Assembly: GCA_965215265.1 (NCBI GenBank)
Contig: OZ244048.1
Span: 352,001 to 416,000, forward strand
Length of the DNA stretch: 64,000 nt
Source: Candidatus Poribacteria bacterium
Lineage (GTDB): Bacteria; Poribacteria; WGA-4E; WGA-3G
Reading direction: 5' to 3'
Both the position numbers and the translations under genes were made by a program. This document shows, in pieces, positions 28,550-38,717 of this stretch. The notes beneath the pieces were generated by a model. The model was given only the letters and a program-made list of their open reading frames with translations. It was not told the DNA's origin and ran no database searches. The first letter of the stretch is position 1. Every line of letters begins with the position of its first letter.

Positions 28550-30658
28550 ATGAAAAGATGGAAACTTATCGCTATTATCGCCGGAGTCGTTATCGTTGTG
28601 GGCACTGCTTTCGTTGTAGGCCGGATTGTATTGGCAACTAAAAATGGGGCGAACGATTCCGACAGTCCAACAATCCAAACCGCAATGGTTGAACGCGGCG
28701 ACATTGCCGTAACAATCGACGCAACAGGCACGATCAAACCACTGAATATCGTCGAAGTCAGTTCCAAAGCGAGTGGAAAAATTTTGCAACTCAACGTTGA
28801 CGCGGGCGATTACGTTGAGAAGGACGATATCATCGCTGTTATCGAAACGACTTACGTTCAGATTAGTTTGGAACAAGCTGAAGCAGATCTTCGGGCAGCA
28901 GAAGCGCGCCTCCAACAGTCACAAATAGACATTCAACTCCAACGTGAACAGTCCGAAATTCAGATTCGGCAAGCCCGCGAAGCACTCGCTGAAGCCGAGA
29001 AGCGACTTGAGCAGCTGAGAGAACAAATTCGGCTTGAGAAAATTGCCAATAAACGTGGTATCATGGATGCCGAAAATAGTTTGGAGATTGCTAAACTTCG
29101 GTATAAATTACTCACATCGGATGAGGTCCGTGACGAGAGTAAAAAACGTGCTGAAGCCTCTTTAGAGCAGGAAGAGGCAAATCTTGAATTGGCAAGGGCG
29201 GAGCATGAAAGAAATAAGCAGCTCTACGAGAAAGAGCTCATTTCCCAAGCGGCTTGGGACACTTCACAAGCGCAGCTGCGCTCTGCTCAGGCACGCTATA
29301 ATTCTGCAGCAGAACAGGTCAAACTGGTTAAGAAACCGGCGAGTGAGGCAGAGTTAAAATTGGCCGAGGCAGATATTAAAAAATCAGAATTCAACCTTCA
29401 GCTTGCTAATGAGCGCGTTGAAGCCGAAAAATCGCGCGATATGGATATTACATTGCAGAAAAATCGGATCGCGCAAGCACAAGACGCTTTAAATCTCGCA
29501 CTCACGAATCAGAAGCAGATTGATCGGAAAGAGAGAGATTTGGAGAGCGCACGCGCTTCCCTCAAACGGAGCCAAGGGCAGCTTGACCTCCGGAAAATTG
29601 AGTACGAAGATACTGTGATCAAGGCACCCATCTCCGGAACGGTTTTAGAAAAAAAGGTTGAAGAAGGACAGTTGATTACGTCACGACTCTCTTCGCTCGC
29701 TTCTTCGGAGGGCCAGACAATCGTCACCATGGCAGATCTTGACACTGTCTACGTTGTTACCGAGGTTGATGAAACAGATATCGGCAAGGTAAAAATCGGG
29801 CAGCCGGTGACAATTACGGTGGAGGCGTACCCAGATCAGCCGTTTGAAGGCGAGGTGTTGAAAATCGCACCGCAAGGACAAGTGATTCAGAACATCACGA
29901 CATTTGAGGTGACTTCCGAACTGAAAAACGTCAGAACTAGTACAACAGACGGGAGCAGGGCACGTGGCGAAGGACGCGAGGGATGGAACCGCGGCGGTAA
30001 TTTCGGAAATCTGACTGACGAACAACGTCAGCGTTTCAGAGAAAGGCGGCGGCAAGACGGGGCAGAGGCAGGCCAATTTGCTGGAGGACGCAGCACCCCA
30101 CCTGAAGAAACTACTGCTCAAGTGGAAGAACCGAGCAGCGTAGAAAGCAAAAGCGCTGATAGCACATCCACAGAACCGGACTTAACTCAGGCAACGGAAA
30201 CCGATGAAAACGACTGGGGCGCACTCTTCGGAGGATTTTTCGACGAGGAGCCCGCTGTAGAAGTATCCAATACAGCACAACCGGCACAACCTGAGACAGA
30301 AGAAAACATGCCATTTCTCAAACCCGGCATGAACGCTTCTGTACAGATATCAGCCGTCAATAAAACAGGTATCCTCACGTTACCAAACGAAGCTATTCTT
30401 GATATGCGAGGCAGGAAAATGGTCCGGATTGTTGCAGAAGATGGGCAACCCGGCCGGCCACAACCCATTGTAACAGGCGTGAGCAGCTTTGATAGAACAG
30501 AAATCATCTCCGGACTCGCTGAGGGTGAACTTGTTGCAATCGGGGGTTTCCAACGAGGTGGAGGTAGCGGAGAAGATTGGCGCCGCCGCATGATGCAAAA
30601 CCCAGCATCAACGATGCGCAGAATGGGGGGCGGAGGAGGCCCAGGAAGAGGACGGTAA
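28550..30658 (+). CDS. MacA-like periplasmic adaptor (MFP) with long coiled coil and disordered insert
   Basis: ATGTIKP...VSSKASGKI, IKAPISGTV, VDETDIGKVKIGQ, LKPGMNA. Confidence 0.9.
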   Translation: MKRWKLIAIIAGVVIVVGTAFVVGRIVLATKNGANDSDSPTIQTAMVERGDIAVTIDATGTIKPLNIVEVSSKASGKILQLNVDAGDYVEKDDIIAVIETTYVQISLEQAEADLRAAEARLQQSQIDIQLQREQSEIQIRQAREALAEAEKRLEQLREQIRLEKIANKRGIMDAENSLEIAKLRYKLLTSDEVRDESKKRAEASLEQEEANLELARAEHERNKQLYEKELISQAAWDTSQAQLRSAQARYNSAAEQVKLVKKPASEAELKLAEADIKKSEFNLQLANERVEAEKSRDMDITLQKNRIAQAQDALNLALTNQKQIDRKERDLESARASLKRSQGQLDLRKIEYEDTVIKAPISGTVLEKKVEEGQLITSRLSSLASSEGQTIVTMADLDTVYVVTEVDETDIGKVKIGQPVTITVEAYPDQPFEGEVLKIAPQGQVIQNITTFEVTSELKNVRTSTTDGSRARGEGREGWNRGGNFGNLTDEQRQRFRERRRQDGAEAGQFAGGRSTPPEETTAQVEEPSSVESKSADSTSTEPDLTQATETDENDWGALFGGFFDEEPAVEVSNTAQPAQPETEENMPFLKPGMNASVQISAVNKTGILTLPNEAILDMRGRKMVRIVAEDGQPGRPQPIVTGVSSFDRTEIISGLAEGELVAIGGFQRGGGSGEDWRRRMMQNPASTMRRMGGGGGPGRGR

Positions 30659-30662
30659 AACT

Positions 30663-31874
30663 ATGAGCATTCTTGAAAGTCTTGCGAACGCATTACGTGG
30701 ATTACTAGCAAATAAACTCAGATCTATTTTGACGATGCTCGGTGTTATCATCGGTGTCGGGGCTATTATTACGACAACGTCAATTGGTGAGGGCGCGAAG
30801 GCAGACATTACCGAACGGATCCAAACCTTGGGTGCTAACATTCTCGCAGTCCGTCCAGGGCAAAGCCGGTTCCGTGGACGCGCTTCCGCCGACACCAGGA
30901 AGAGTTTAAAGGTAGAAGACATTGAATTTTTAAAAGAACGGGCCCAGAATTTCGGATATATTACACCTGAAGTCAGCAGCCGGGCACAGGTCAAATACCT
31001 GAATAAAAACACAAACACAACCATTGTTGGAACATCCCCAGAGTACTTGATAACCGCAAATTTCACAGTCGAAAAGGGGAAATTTTTCACGGATACAGAT
31101 ATTCTCTACCGACAACGCGTCTGTGTACTCGGGAAAACGGTTGCGGACGACCTGTTTGAGCAAGTGGAGCCGGTCGGCAAAAGTGTGAAAATCCGGAATG
31201 TCCGGTTCCACGTACTAGGCGTGATGAAAGAAAAAGGCGCGAGCGGATGGCGGAACCCCGATGATCAGGTGTTTATTCCGTACTCTACCGCTATGAAACG
31301 GGTCTTCGGATCCGATTACCTGTCCAGCATTAGTATACAAGCCACTAATGAAAAACTCTTAACTGCAGCCGAAACCGAGGTAACCGAACTCCTCCGCAAG
31401 CAACACAAAATCCCACCTAATCAGGAAGCGGACTTCCACGTCCGCAATCAGGCAGAATTCATGGAAACCTTGGAAGAATCAAGTCAGACCTTTACCAACA
31501 TGATTTTAGGCATTGCTGTGGTCTCACTCGTTGTAGGAGGCATAGGTATTATGAATATCATGCTCGTCTCTGTCACCGAACGGACGAAAGAGATAGGTCT
31601 GCGTAAAGCAGTCGGTGCACAGCGGATTGATATCCTCTTTCAGTTCCTCGTTGAATCGACAACATTGGCTTTAGTAGGCGGGATAATCGGTGTCGGTGTA
31701 GGGATAATCGGGGCGGAAATGGTGCCTTCGCTCTGGGGTTGGCGAACCGTTATCTCACTCATCTACAGTGGGGCCTCCTTTATTGTAAGCGCCTTAGTCG
31801 GCATTTTCTTTGGTGCCTATCCTGCCTGGAAAGCGGCGAAACTCCATCCCATCGACGCACTCAGGCATGAATAA
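30663..31874 (+). CDS. MacB/FtsX-like ABC transporter permease
   Basis: NKLRSILTMLGVIIGV, GGIGIMNIMLVSVTERTKEIGLRKAVGA, PIDALRHE. Confidence 0.95.
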   Translation: MSILESLANALRGLLANKLRSILTMLGVIIGVGAIITTTSIGEGAKADITERIQTLGANILAVRPGQSRFRGRASADTRKSLKVEDIEFLKERAQNFGYITPEVSSRAQVKYLNKNTNTTIVGTSPEYLITANFTVEKGKFFTDTDILYRQRVCVLGKTVADDLFEQVEPVGKSVKIRNVRFHVLGVMKEKGASGWRNPDDQVFIPYSTAMKRVFGSDYLSSISIQATNEKLLTAAETEVTELLRKQHKIPPNQEADFHVRNQAEFMETLEESSQTFTNMILGIAVVSLVVGGIGIMNIMLVSVTERTKEIGLRKAVGAQRIDILFQFLVESTTLALVGGIIGVGVGIIGAEMVPSLWGWRTVISLIYSGASFIVSALVGIFFGAYPAWKAAKLHPIDALRHE

Positions 31875-31887
31875 ACCCGAATTAGCA

Positions 31888-31919
31888 GAGAAGTGCAGAC
31901 GTTGGCATCTGCACTTCTC
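31888..31919 (+). terminator. Stem-loop after the permease gene
   Basis: GAGAAGTGCAGA-N8-TCTGCACTTCTC, a perfect 12-bp stem. Confidence 0.65.
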
Positions 31920-31988
31920 GTCTTGTAGAAAAGGTAGAAAAGAAAACGATACGAATTCAAACCGATTGGTATAAGGAAAATATTCAGT

Positions 31989-32708
31989 ATGTCCCAAAAA
32001 ATAGCCGTCATTTCAGGCGTTGGTTCTGGTTTAGGCGCGGCGCTCGCCCGTAAATTTGCACAAGAAGGATGCAGTGTTGCCTTACTTGCCCGTTCAAACG
32101 CCTACATTCATAACTTGAAAACGAAGTTGGAAGAGATAGGTGCCACTGCCGTTGCGATTCCCACAGATATTACGGATGCAGAGCAGGTAACTCAGAGTTT
32201 TGTGCAGATTCGCGAGGAATTAGGCACACCGGACATCTTAATTAATCACGCTGGAAACGCAGCCTGGGGCAATTTCGCCAACCTAACGCCGGAGGCATTT
32301 GAGGGTTCATGGCGCGTCTGTACATTTGGCGCGTTCCTCTGTTCTAAACAGGTCGTCCCCGGAATGCTTGAAAAAGGCGGCGGCACCATTCTATTTACAG
32401 GTGCAACATCTTCTGTTCGCGGGAGAGCCGGGGCATTGGCATTCAGCAGTGCAAAGTTCGCGATGCGTGGTTTGGCATCTGCACTCGCTCGCGAGATGGG
32501 GCCCCATGGCATTCACGTTGCACATGTGATTATTGACGGTGTCATAGATACACCGGGCGTACGGCAGCGCTACAAACTCAAACCGAATGAGCCGCTCCTT
32601 AACCCGGATGCAATCGCGGATACCTATTGGGCTTTAGTTCAACAAGAGCAGAGCGCGTGGAGCTTTGAGGTAGATGTACGCCCATATAATGAAGAATTTT
32701 TCACCTAG
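31989..32708 (+). CDS. Short-chain dehydrogenase/reductase
   Basis: SGVGSGLG, NHAG, FTGATSSVRG, FSSAK (FxxxK variant). Confidence 0.92.
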   Translation: MSQKIAVISGVGSGLGAALARKFAQEGCSVALLARSNAYIHNLKTKLEEIGATAVAIPTDITDAEQVTQSFVQIREELGTPDILINHAGNAAWGNFANLTPEAFEGSWRVCTFGAFLCSKQVVPGMLEKGGGTILFTGATSSVRGRAGALAFSSAKFAMRGLASALAREMGPHGIHVAHVIIDGVIDTPGVRQRYKLKPNEPLLNPDAIADTYWALVQQEQSAWSFEVDVRPYNEEFFT

Positions 32709-32732
32709 ACGGCTCTGTTTTGTATAGACATA

Positions 32733-32757
32733 TATGGGCGATGTAACCTCGCCCATA
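32733..32757. repeat. REP-like palindrome or terminator between convergent genes
   Basis: TATGGGCGA-N7-TCGCCCATA; shares ACCTCGCCCA with 4061-4070. Confidence 0.55.
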
Positions 32758-32758
32758 C

Positions 32759-34144
32759 CTAAAATGTACTTGCGCGCGTTGTTAACGGACACCACCGCGT
32801 CGTTTCTAGATGACTGAGAAGTACTGCCTTCGCTGCAGAGGTGCCAATACGATAGAGTGCATGGACAGCATCACCGCGTACATACCGGTTCTCATCAAAA
32901 AGCACATTTTGCAGCCCTTCAACGGCCTGTGCAGCATTTTCACCAATTCGGGCAAGTGCAAAAACTGCGTTGCGTCTTACGCCAACGTTCTCATCTCTCA
33001 GTGCCTCAACCAAGCCTGAAACTGCTAATGAACTAGATTGACTAGTTGTCCCCAATGCTTCTACAGCACACGCCCGCACAGAAACGGAGGCATCCTGAAG
33101 TGCGTCAATTAAGGTAGGCACTGCAGCTTCTGCCTTCACCCCCAGGTCTCCGAGTGCTTCTGCAGCGTTGCTTCTGACATATTCGCGCGCATCAACCAAC
33201 GCGCCCTGTAATGCCTCAACAGCCGGCGTTCCGACAGCATTAAGCGCGTAACATGCATTTCGGCGCATCAATTCCGATTTGTCGTAGAGGCAGTTTACTA
33301 ATGGCGCGACTACTTTTTCTCTGTATAAACCGAGTTGATATGCCGCACGCAATCCTGTTGATTCGGAGCTGCTATTTAATTCTGCTATTAAGGTTGAGAG
33401 ACGCGCGCTTTTAGAATCTACATCGAGCGATTGCAAATCTCCATTATTCTCCGCACCGCGGTGCCAGTTCCAGAGATGTTTGAACATCTCTTGATGCTCT
33501 GGCGCATGAACTTCCTGACCATTCACCCATTCTGTCTCGCGGTTCGCCCATGTGGATGATTGCGGTTCTGACATGCGTGCATATAGAAATTTCATCATGT
33601 ACCGCTTTTTGTCGCTCATGTTCGGCATAGCACGGTGCCACAGATCATAGTTTGCCAAAGCAACAGTGCCGGCTTTTCCAGAGATTGGCTGTTCAGGTGA
33701 TATTTCCGCGCCCTCGCGGGTACTGTAGTAGTGGCTCATCGGGACAACCGCTGTCGGTCCGAGTGCAACCGGTGTATCTTGTGGGTAATAGAAGAGCAGT
33801 AACCGGCGGGTATGATGCGACCGGCGTTTTCCGCCATCTTGATGCATGCTCTGCCCATTGCTACCAGGCGGATTGTAGTGCGGATGCCGGTGCGGCTGCA
33901 TGTAATAATCATGCCCCAGCAGGCTTGTCAAAGCGCCTTTGACGTTTGGCTCGTCAAGCACCTTCTGAATCTCAGGGATCCGTGGGACCAGGTTATTCCC
34001 CGGATTGCCCTCTTTTTCAAAAACAGCCACAGTTTTTTCATAGATAGATTCGTGAAATTGCGCAGGTAATGTGGTTTCGACGGTGACATACCCGTTTACA
34101 ATGAAATGCCGCATCTGCGCATCCGTTAAAAGCTGATCTGCCAT
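32759..34144 (-). CDS. PhyH-family dioxygenase fused to HEAT (PBS lyase-like) repeats
   Basis: FIVNGY, MHQDG, LWHRA, followed by repeats such as VRSNAAEALG, VRACAVEALG, VRRNAVFAL. Confidence 0.9.
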   Translation of the reverse strand: MADQLLTDAQMRHFIVNGYVTVETTLPAQFHESIYEKTVAVFEKEGNPGNNLVPRIPEIQKVLDEPNVKGALTSLLGHDYYMQPHRHPHYNPPGSNGQSMHQDGGKRRSHHTRRLLLFYYPQDTPVALGPTAVVPMSHYYSTREGAEISPEQPISGKAGTVALANYDLWHRAMPNMSDKKRYMMKFLYARMSEPQSSTWANRETEWVNGQEVHAPEHQEMFKHLWNWHRGAENNGDLQSLDVDSKSARLSTLIAELNSSSESTGLRAAYQLGLYREKVVAPLVNCLYDKSELMRRNACYALNAVGTPAVEALQGALVDAREYVRSNAAEALGDLGVKAEAAVPTLIDALQDASVSVRACAVEALGTTSQSSSLAVSGLVEALRDENVGVRRNAVFALARIGENAAQAVEGLQNVLFDENRYVRGDAVHALYRIGTSAAKAVLLSHLETTRWCPLTTRASTF

Positions 34145-34524
34145 TTTTTCCCTCCTCAAATATTTACAGAAATCTGAGTACATCAATTATGGCATAACAT
34201 GTCATGATTTGCAAGAGGAAATTCTGCGAACCTCTGTCTTTTTGGATGAAGAGAGCTCTACGCTCTTTAAGTATCTTTTCTATTCCTTCAAAGTGTTCAC
34301 CAAGTTAGTAAGAGAACTAACTGCACACTCCAACCCAAACAAAACCAAAAATTTAATTAGGGAGCAGTTAGCAGGGCGGAGATGTGAATTAGAAAAGCAA
34401 CACCAATCATGTTCATTTCGTGTAAGCCAGTTAATTACAATATAACATTGTGCTATTTGAAAGAAAAATCTATATTAAATTTACAAAATTATGGTAAAAT
34501 ATCACACAAAATTAAGTAGAGGTT

Positions 34525-35724
34525 TTGAAGATGCGACGAAGTTTTGAAAAATCGCTGGCATGGCGGAAACGCGCCAAATCTGCATTAGTCGGGGGTGGGC
34601 AGCCGCACAAACAGAGCCAGCCCCCACAACCCATTATGATTGCCGGTGCAAAAGGCGCGCACTTCTGGGATGCGGATGGAAACGACTATATTGACTACCT
34701 CATGGGTTACGGGCCGATGATACTCGGGCATGCCTACCCCACTGTAAATGAGGCGGTAGCAAAGTACCTTGAACGTGGTAATGTCTACAACTTTGGGCAT
34801 ACTCTGGAAATTGAACTTGCTGAGAAATTGGTTCAGATTATCCCGTCGGCAGATAGAGTCGCTTACTTTGTCGGTGGTTCCGATGCCACAACCGGTGCGA
34901 TTAAGTTTGCTCGTGCCTATACAGGCAGAGAAAAAGTCATCCGCTGCGGTTACCACGGTTGGCACGATTGGTGCAGCCATGCACGCGGCCACCTATCAAG
35001 TGCAGCGTCTGCAACGTTAAGCGTCGATTTTAACGAACTAGAGGCACTCGAAGACCTTTTTAAAACATATCCAGATGATATCGCCTGCTTCATTACAGAG
35101 CCCTCTGGACACGAACTTCCCAAAGAAGGCTATCTGGAGGAGGCAAAAGCACTTGTTAATGCGAACGGCGCACTTATAATTTTTGATGAGGTTAAGACCG
35201 GTTTCAGATACGCCCTAGGCGGCGCACAAGAGTATTTCGGCGTTACGCCCGATATGTCAGTTTTCGGGAAGGCCCTTGCAAACGGCTTTGCCACGGCAGT
35301 CGTCGTAGGTAAACAAGAAATTATGGATGATGTCGCTGATGTATGGGTAGCCGCGACATTCCACGGTGAAGTCTCACTCGTAGGAGCGGCAATTGCGACA
35401 ATTCAGGAATTGGAGGCCTCCGACGGTGTCGCCTTCATGTGGAAACAGGGCCAAAAACTGTTGGATGGCTACAAGGAAATGACTGCACGACTCGGAATTG
35501 ATTGTACACGTATCGGCGGAATTGGACCCATGCCGTTCTTCGGTTTAACTTCGGATGCTACTGAACAGTTTCGCAAAACCTTTTATCAAACAACCTTGGA
35601 TGGAGGTTTGTACCTGCCAGAGGGACATATCTGGTTCATGTCTATCTCGCATACGGACGAAGATATTGCAAAAACGCTGACCGTTTCTGAGGACGCGCTC
35701 AAACGCGCAAAAGCAGCAGCCTAA
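34525..35724 (+). CDS. Class III aminotransferase (glutamate-1-semialdehyde aminomutase-like)
   Basis: WDADGNDYIDY, GYHGWHD, FDEVKTGFR, FGKALANG. Confidence 0.9.
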   Translation: MKMRRSFEKSLAWRKRAKSALVGGGQPHKQSQPPQPIMIAGAKGAHFWDADGNDYIDYLMGYGPMILGHAYPTVNEAVAKYLERGNVYNFGHTLEIELAEKLVQIIPSADRVAYFVGGSDATTGAIKFARAYTGREKVIRCGYHGWHDWCSHARGHLSSAASATLSVDFNELEALEDLFKTYPDDIACFITEPSGHELPKEGYLEEAKALVNANGALIIFDEVKTGFRYALGGAQEYFGVTPDMSVFGKALANGFATAVVVGKQEIMDDVADVWVAATFHGEVSLVGAAIATIQELEASDGVAFMWKQGQKLLDGYKEMTARLGIDCTRIGGIGPMPFFGLTSDATEQFRKTFYQTTLDGGLYLPEGHIWFMSISHTDEDIAKTLTVSEDALKRAKAAA

Positions 35725-35765
35725 CGACTGCACCAACCGTCATCTAATAATGGAGAAATGCTATT

Positions 35766-36653
35766 ATGGCAATAGAGATGCATCACACCAAACCTTTTAT
35801 TGTAGATAAAAACTTGGGCTCGGCACTTGACGTGGATAAAACCGAGCTGACCGCGACAACCTCCGACGGCACAGCAGTTGTTCCGCCAACGCAAGAGCAG
35901 AAGTACCTCTTTGATATGCGAGGCTGGCTTTTAGTGCCGGGCATCCTATCAGGCGACGAACTCGCGGAAATGCAAGAATTCGGTTACCGCCTCCATCATG
36001 AACCGGAATCCATACCAGAACATGAACGCTCCCCGCTCGGTGGACCGATGCAGAAATTAGCTGATCATCCGCATGTGATCGGGTTTCTGAATGAGTTCCT
36101 TGCGCATCCTGCCTTATCAAGCCAAGCGTGCTACGGGTTCCGAATGGAGTCATGTAACATGTTCTACCGAACGGTGGGCGATGGGCACTTTGGCCCCCAT
36201 AACGGGAACGGCATGCTCCGTTTTCCAGGGGACTCACACCTCTATCGGTGTATTCCGGGAAAGGCGTACAGCGGATTGACACGCGTCGTATGGGAACTCA
36301 ACCCTGTCAAATACCGGGAAGGCGGGACACTGTTCATCACAGCGAGCCACAAGGCAGTATATACGGCTCCGGATTCCATTCAAACACCGGACTCCCCGAT
36401 CTGGGATACTTATGCCTGCCCTGCCGGCTCCCTCCTCTTTTTCACAGAGGCATTGACACATAGCACGCATCAATGGACGAATGCTGAAAACAACCGGCTT
36501 GCTATTTTTAGCTGTTATAACACTGTTAACAGCAAATGGCATGATTGGGAACCGCATCCGAAGCTGCTCGCGGAGATGCCCACAAAACGGCAGACGCTTT
36601 TCCGACCCGTCCGTGCCGCGAACAATTTAATCGGCGAAACCTATCGGCATTAA
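35766..36653 (+). CDS. PhyH-family Fe(II)/2OG enzyme with HxG motif
   Basis: YLFDMRGW, PHNG, ASHK, FFTEALTH, RLAIF. Confidence 0.82.
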   Translation: MAIEMHHTKPFIVDKNLGSALDVDKTELTATTSDGTAVVPPTQEQKYLFDMRGWLLVPGILSGDELAEMQEFGYRLHHEPESIPEHERSPLGGPMQKLADHPHVIGFLNEFLAHPALSSQACYGFRMESCNMFYRTVGDGHFGPHNGNGMLRFPGDSHLYRCIPGKAYSGLTRVVWELNPVKYREGGTLFITASHKAVYTAPDSIQTPDSPIWDTYACPAGSLLFFTEALTHSTHQWTNAENNRLAIFSCYNTVNSKWHDWEPHPKLLAEMPTKRQTLFRPVRAANNLIGETYRH

Positions 36654-36666
36654 AGCCCTCACGGTG

Positions 36667-36681
36667 AGCCCATCTTGAAAA
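36667..36681 (+). repeat. 15-bp direct repeat, copy 1
   Basis: AGCCCATCTTGAAAA, identical to 43955-43969. Confidence 0.7.
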
Positions 36682-36810
36682 GAGGAGAAGATTCGATGAG
36701 ATAGGAGCCGTAACCAAACAGTTTGTTCAGAAGTCTCCAGCCAAGAGAACTTCTTGCACGGCACAGACTGTCCAAGCGACGACAATTTACAAAGCTGCAG
36801 CCGGGGTTCG

Positions 36811-38445
36811 CTAGCCTTGTGTTCCTTGCCTTGATTTCCAGTACCTATAAAACGTCCATGCGCCGGATGCCACAAGCAGAACCAACAAACAGATTAGGCC
36901 CATATTGATGAGGTTGCGTTTCCGATTCAACTCCCACAACCGTTTACTTGCCTCTTTCGCCGCGGATGTTCCCTTTTGTGCTTTCGCTTTGACCTGTTCC
37001 CAATACCTTTTCGCAAGTGCCGGCTGTCCATGCTGCTCCGCAAGTTTGGCTGTCACAAGCAGATAGGTTACGTCTTGAACATCTACATTATCGACAGCCT
37101 CAGCGAAGGAACTAAGCAATAAAACCGTTAAATCAGGGGACATCGTCGGAAAATCTGTAGTGAGCTCAATCCCGTTCTGGAAAGCAGTAAGTGCCCCCTG
37201 AGGACTGCCCAGGTCAAATGCAATTTGTGCCATTTCAAACCAGGTTTTTCTTTCGAGAGAGAGCGGTTGCTCTATTGAAGTGTAGCCGTCAAACGTGAAA
37301 GTAGCGGAACCGTAGTTGAGCTCCCCATGTTTCGCACTGAGCGTATAAGTTTCGCCAAGGGTTAGTAAACCGGGAGATTTCCATTCATCGAAACGGTAGG
37401 TGCCGTCTTCGGAAGCGACTTGTTCATAATTTGTTCCGTTAATCCAGACGCGTGTACCTGCAATTGATTGCCCAGAGGCATCCGTGGTAGTCCCGAAAAC
37501 TGCAATAGGTTCAAGTGCCCAAGCGAGGTGAACCGATTCTCCGAGAACTAAATGCAACTCGGCAGTCCTGGCATCTGGAATAACGTAGCCTGCTTTCTTC
37601 ACCGTGACGGTGGAGGCCCCTTTTAACAAATTGTCCGTGATAAGTTTTGGGGTTTGTCCAACCTCTACATCATTAAGAATAATTTGCGCGCCTTCCGGAA
37701 AGGTGGTAATTTTAAGAGCTGGGCTCAGTTTGAGCAGTGCTGCTTCAACGTCGCCAGTCGGTGCAAGAATACCTTCCATAAAATTGGGATTCGTTCTCAA
37801 TACTTCATAAACCTCGATGATGCTGAGTTGTCGGTTATCATTAACATCAACTGCGTCGGTTGTCAGCGCTGTGTTAATTTCCTGCAGAAGGGAGTTCTCG
37901 CCAATAGCGTTTGCGGTTTCTGCAGATTGAATTGCGTTCAGCGCGGCTGTGCCGAACGTCTCTCGGTTAGCATAATAGGCATTGAGGTTTGTATCGTTCG
38001 TGTAACCGTCAACGATAACAACAGTTGAATCCGTACCCGCTTCCTTAAACCACTGATTTAATACAGCGTCAGCGATTCCGCTATCATCGCCTTGTGTCAA
38101 TAGGTGCATGGTATTCATGCCCCTTGGTTTGGTAACTGTCCCGTGATAGAGAAAGATGAGGGTTTGTTGTTCTTGTGTCTTATTTCCGATTTGCTGGAGC
38201 ATCGCATGGATTTCTTCGCTTGTGGCGCGCTCACCTTCAATATGATGGAGTTGTTCGCTCGGTACCTTCCCCCGGGTAACGAGCAATTTGATGAGAGCAT
38301 CCAGCGATTCATGTGCACGTGCATCCGGTGTTGCATCTACAATAAGCCAGACTGTGCCAGAATCAACAAGAACAGCTGAAACTGCTGGCACAGATAAAAT
38401 TAATACGATAAAAAAAACTGTGAGGATGATATTGAGTTTTGACAT
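36811..38445 (-). CDS. Exported, membrane-anchored protein: degenerate caspase-like domain, PEGA, carboxypeptidase-regulatory-like domain, TPR-like helices, C-terminal TM
   Basis: TLIFLYHG / VVIVDGY / DVNDNRQLSIIE; ITTFPEGAQIILND...GQTP...KKAGY; GTTTDASGQSIAG; C-terminal hydrophobic helix. Confidence 0.65.
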   Translation of the reverse strand: MSKLNIILTVFFIVLILSVPAVSAVLVDSGTVWLIVDATPDARAHESLDALIKLLVTRGKVPSEQLHHIEGERATSEEIHAMLQQIGNKTQEQQTLIFLYHGTVTKPRGMNTMHLLTQGDDSGIADAVLNQWFKEAGTDSTVVIVDGYTNDTNLNAYYANRETFGTAALNAIQSAETANAIGENSLLQEINTALTTDAVDVNDNRQLSIIEVYEVLRTNPNFMEGILAPTGDVEAALLKLSPALKITTFPEGAQIILNDVEVGQTPKLITDNLLKGASTVTVKKAGYVIPDARTAELHLVLGESVHLAWALEPIAVFGTTTDASGQSIAGTRVWINGTNYEQVASEDGTYRFDEWKSPGLLTLGETYTLSAKHGELNYGSATFTFDGYTSIEQPLSLERKTWFEMAQIAFDLGSPQGALTAFQNGIELTTDFPTMSPDLTVLLLSSFAEAVDNVDVQDVTYLLVTAKLAEQHGQPALAKRYWEQVKAKAQKGTSAAKEASKRLWELNRKRNLINMGLICLLVLLVASGAWTFYRYWKSRQGTQG

Positions 38446-38606
38446 TTTCCTAAATTCCTAAATTCAGTTAAAATCGGATTGCTTCCAGATGTTCCTCGTG
38501 CCCGGACTAAAAACCTTTCTAATCCGTCAGGAGCAATACATCTTTAGTTTAGCATAATTCTAAGTTGATTGCCAGAAAAAACGTTGCAATGAGACGTTAA
38601 GATTTC

Positions 38607-38717
38607 TAAACTTTTATGGCAAAACTGCGTCTAAAAAATATAAGATTTGTTTGCAAGTAGGCAATTGCGTAATGTATTGTAAAATTTCAGAGAACTTTTC
38701 GCCGAGGTATCGGTTTA
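38607..38717 (+). promoter_or_regulatory. Two candidate ECF-sigma promoters upstream of the TolC gene
   Basis: TAAAC-N16-CGTCTA (38607-38633) and GAAC-N16-GGTTTA (38692-38717). Confidence 0.45.

Noticed and set aside
34187-34524. 78-aa ORF or MITE in the divergent intergenic region
   Set aside because: No RBS or recognisable motifs; the CTAACTGC/GCAGTTAG inverted repeat is short and has no second copy in the window.
34525-35724. Assigning hemL
   Set aside because: Family motifs are present, but the protein is short and divergent and has no tetrapyrrole gene context.
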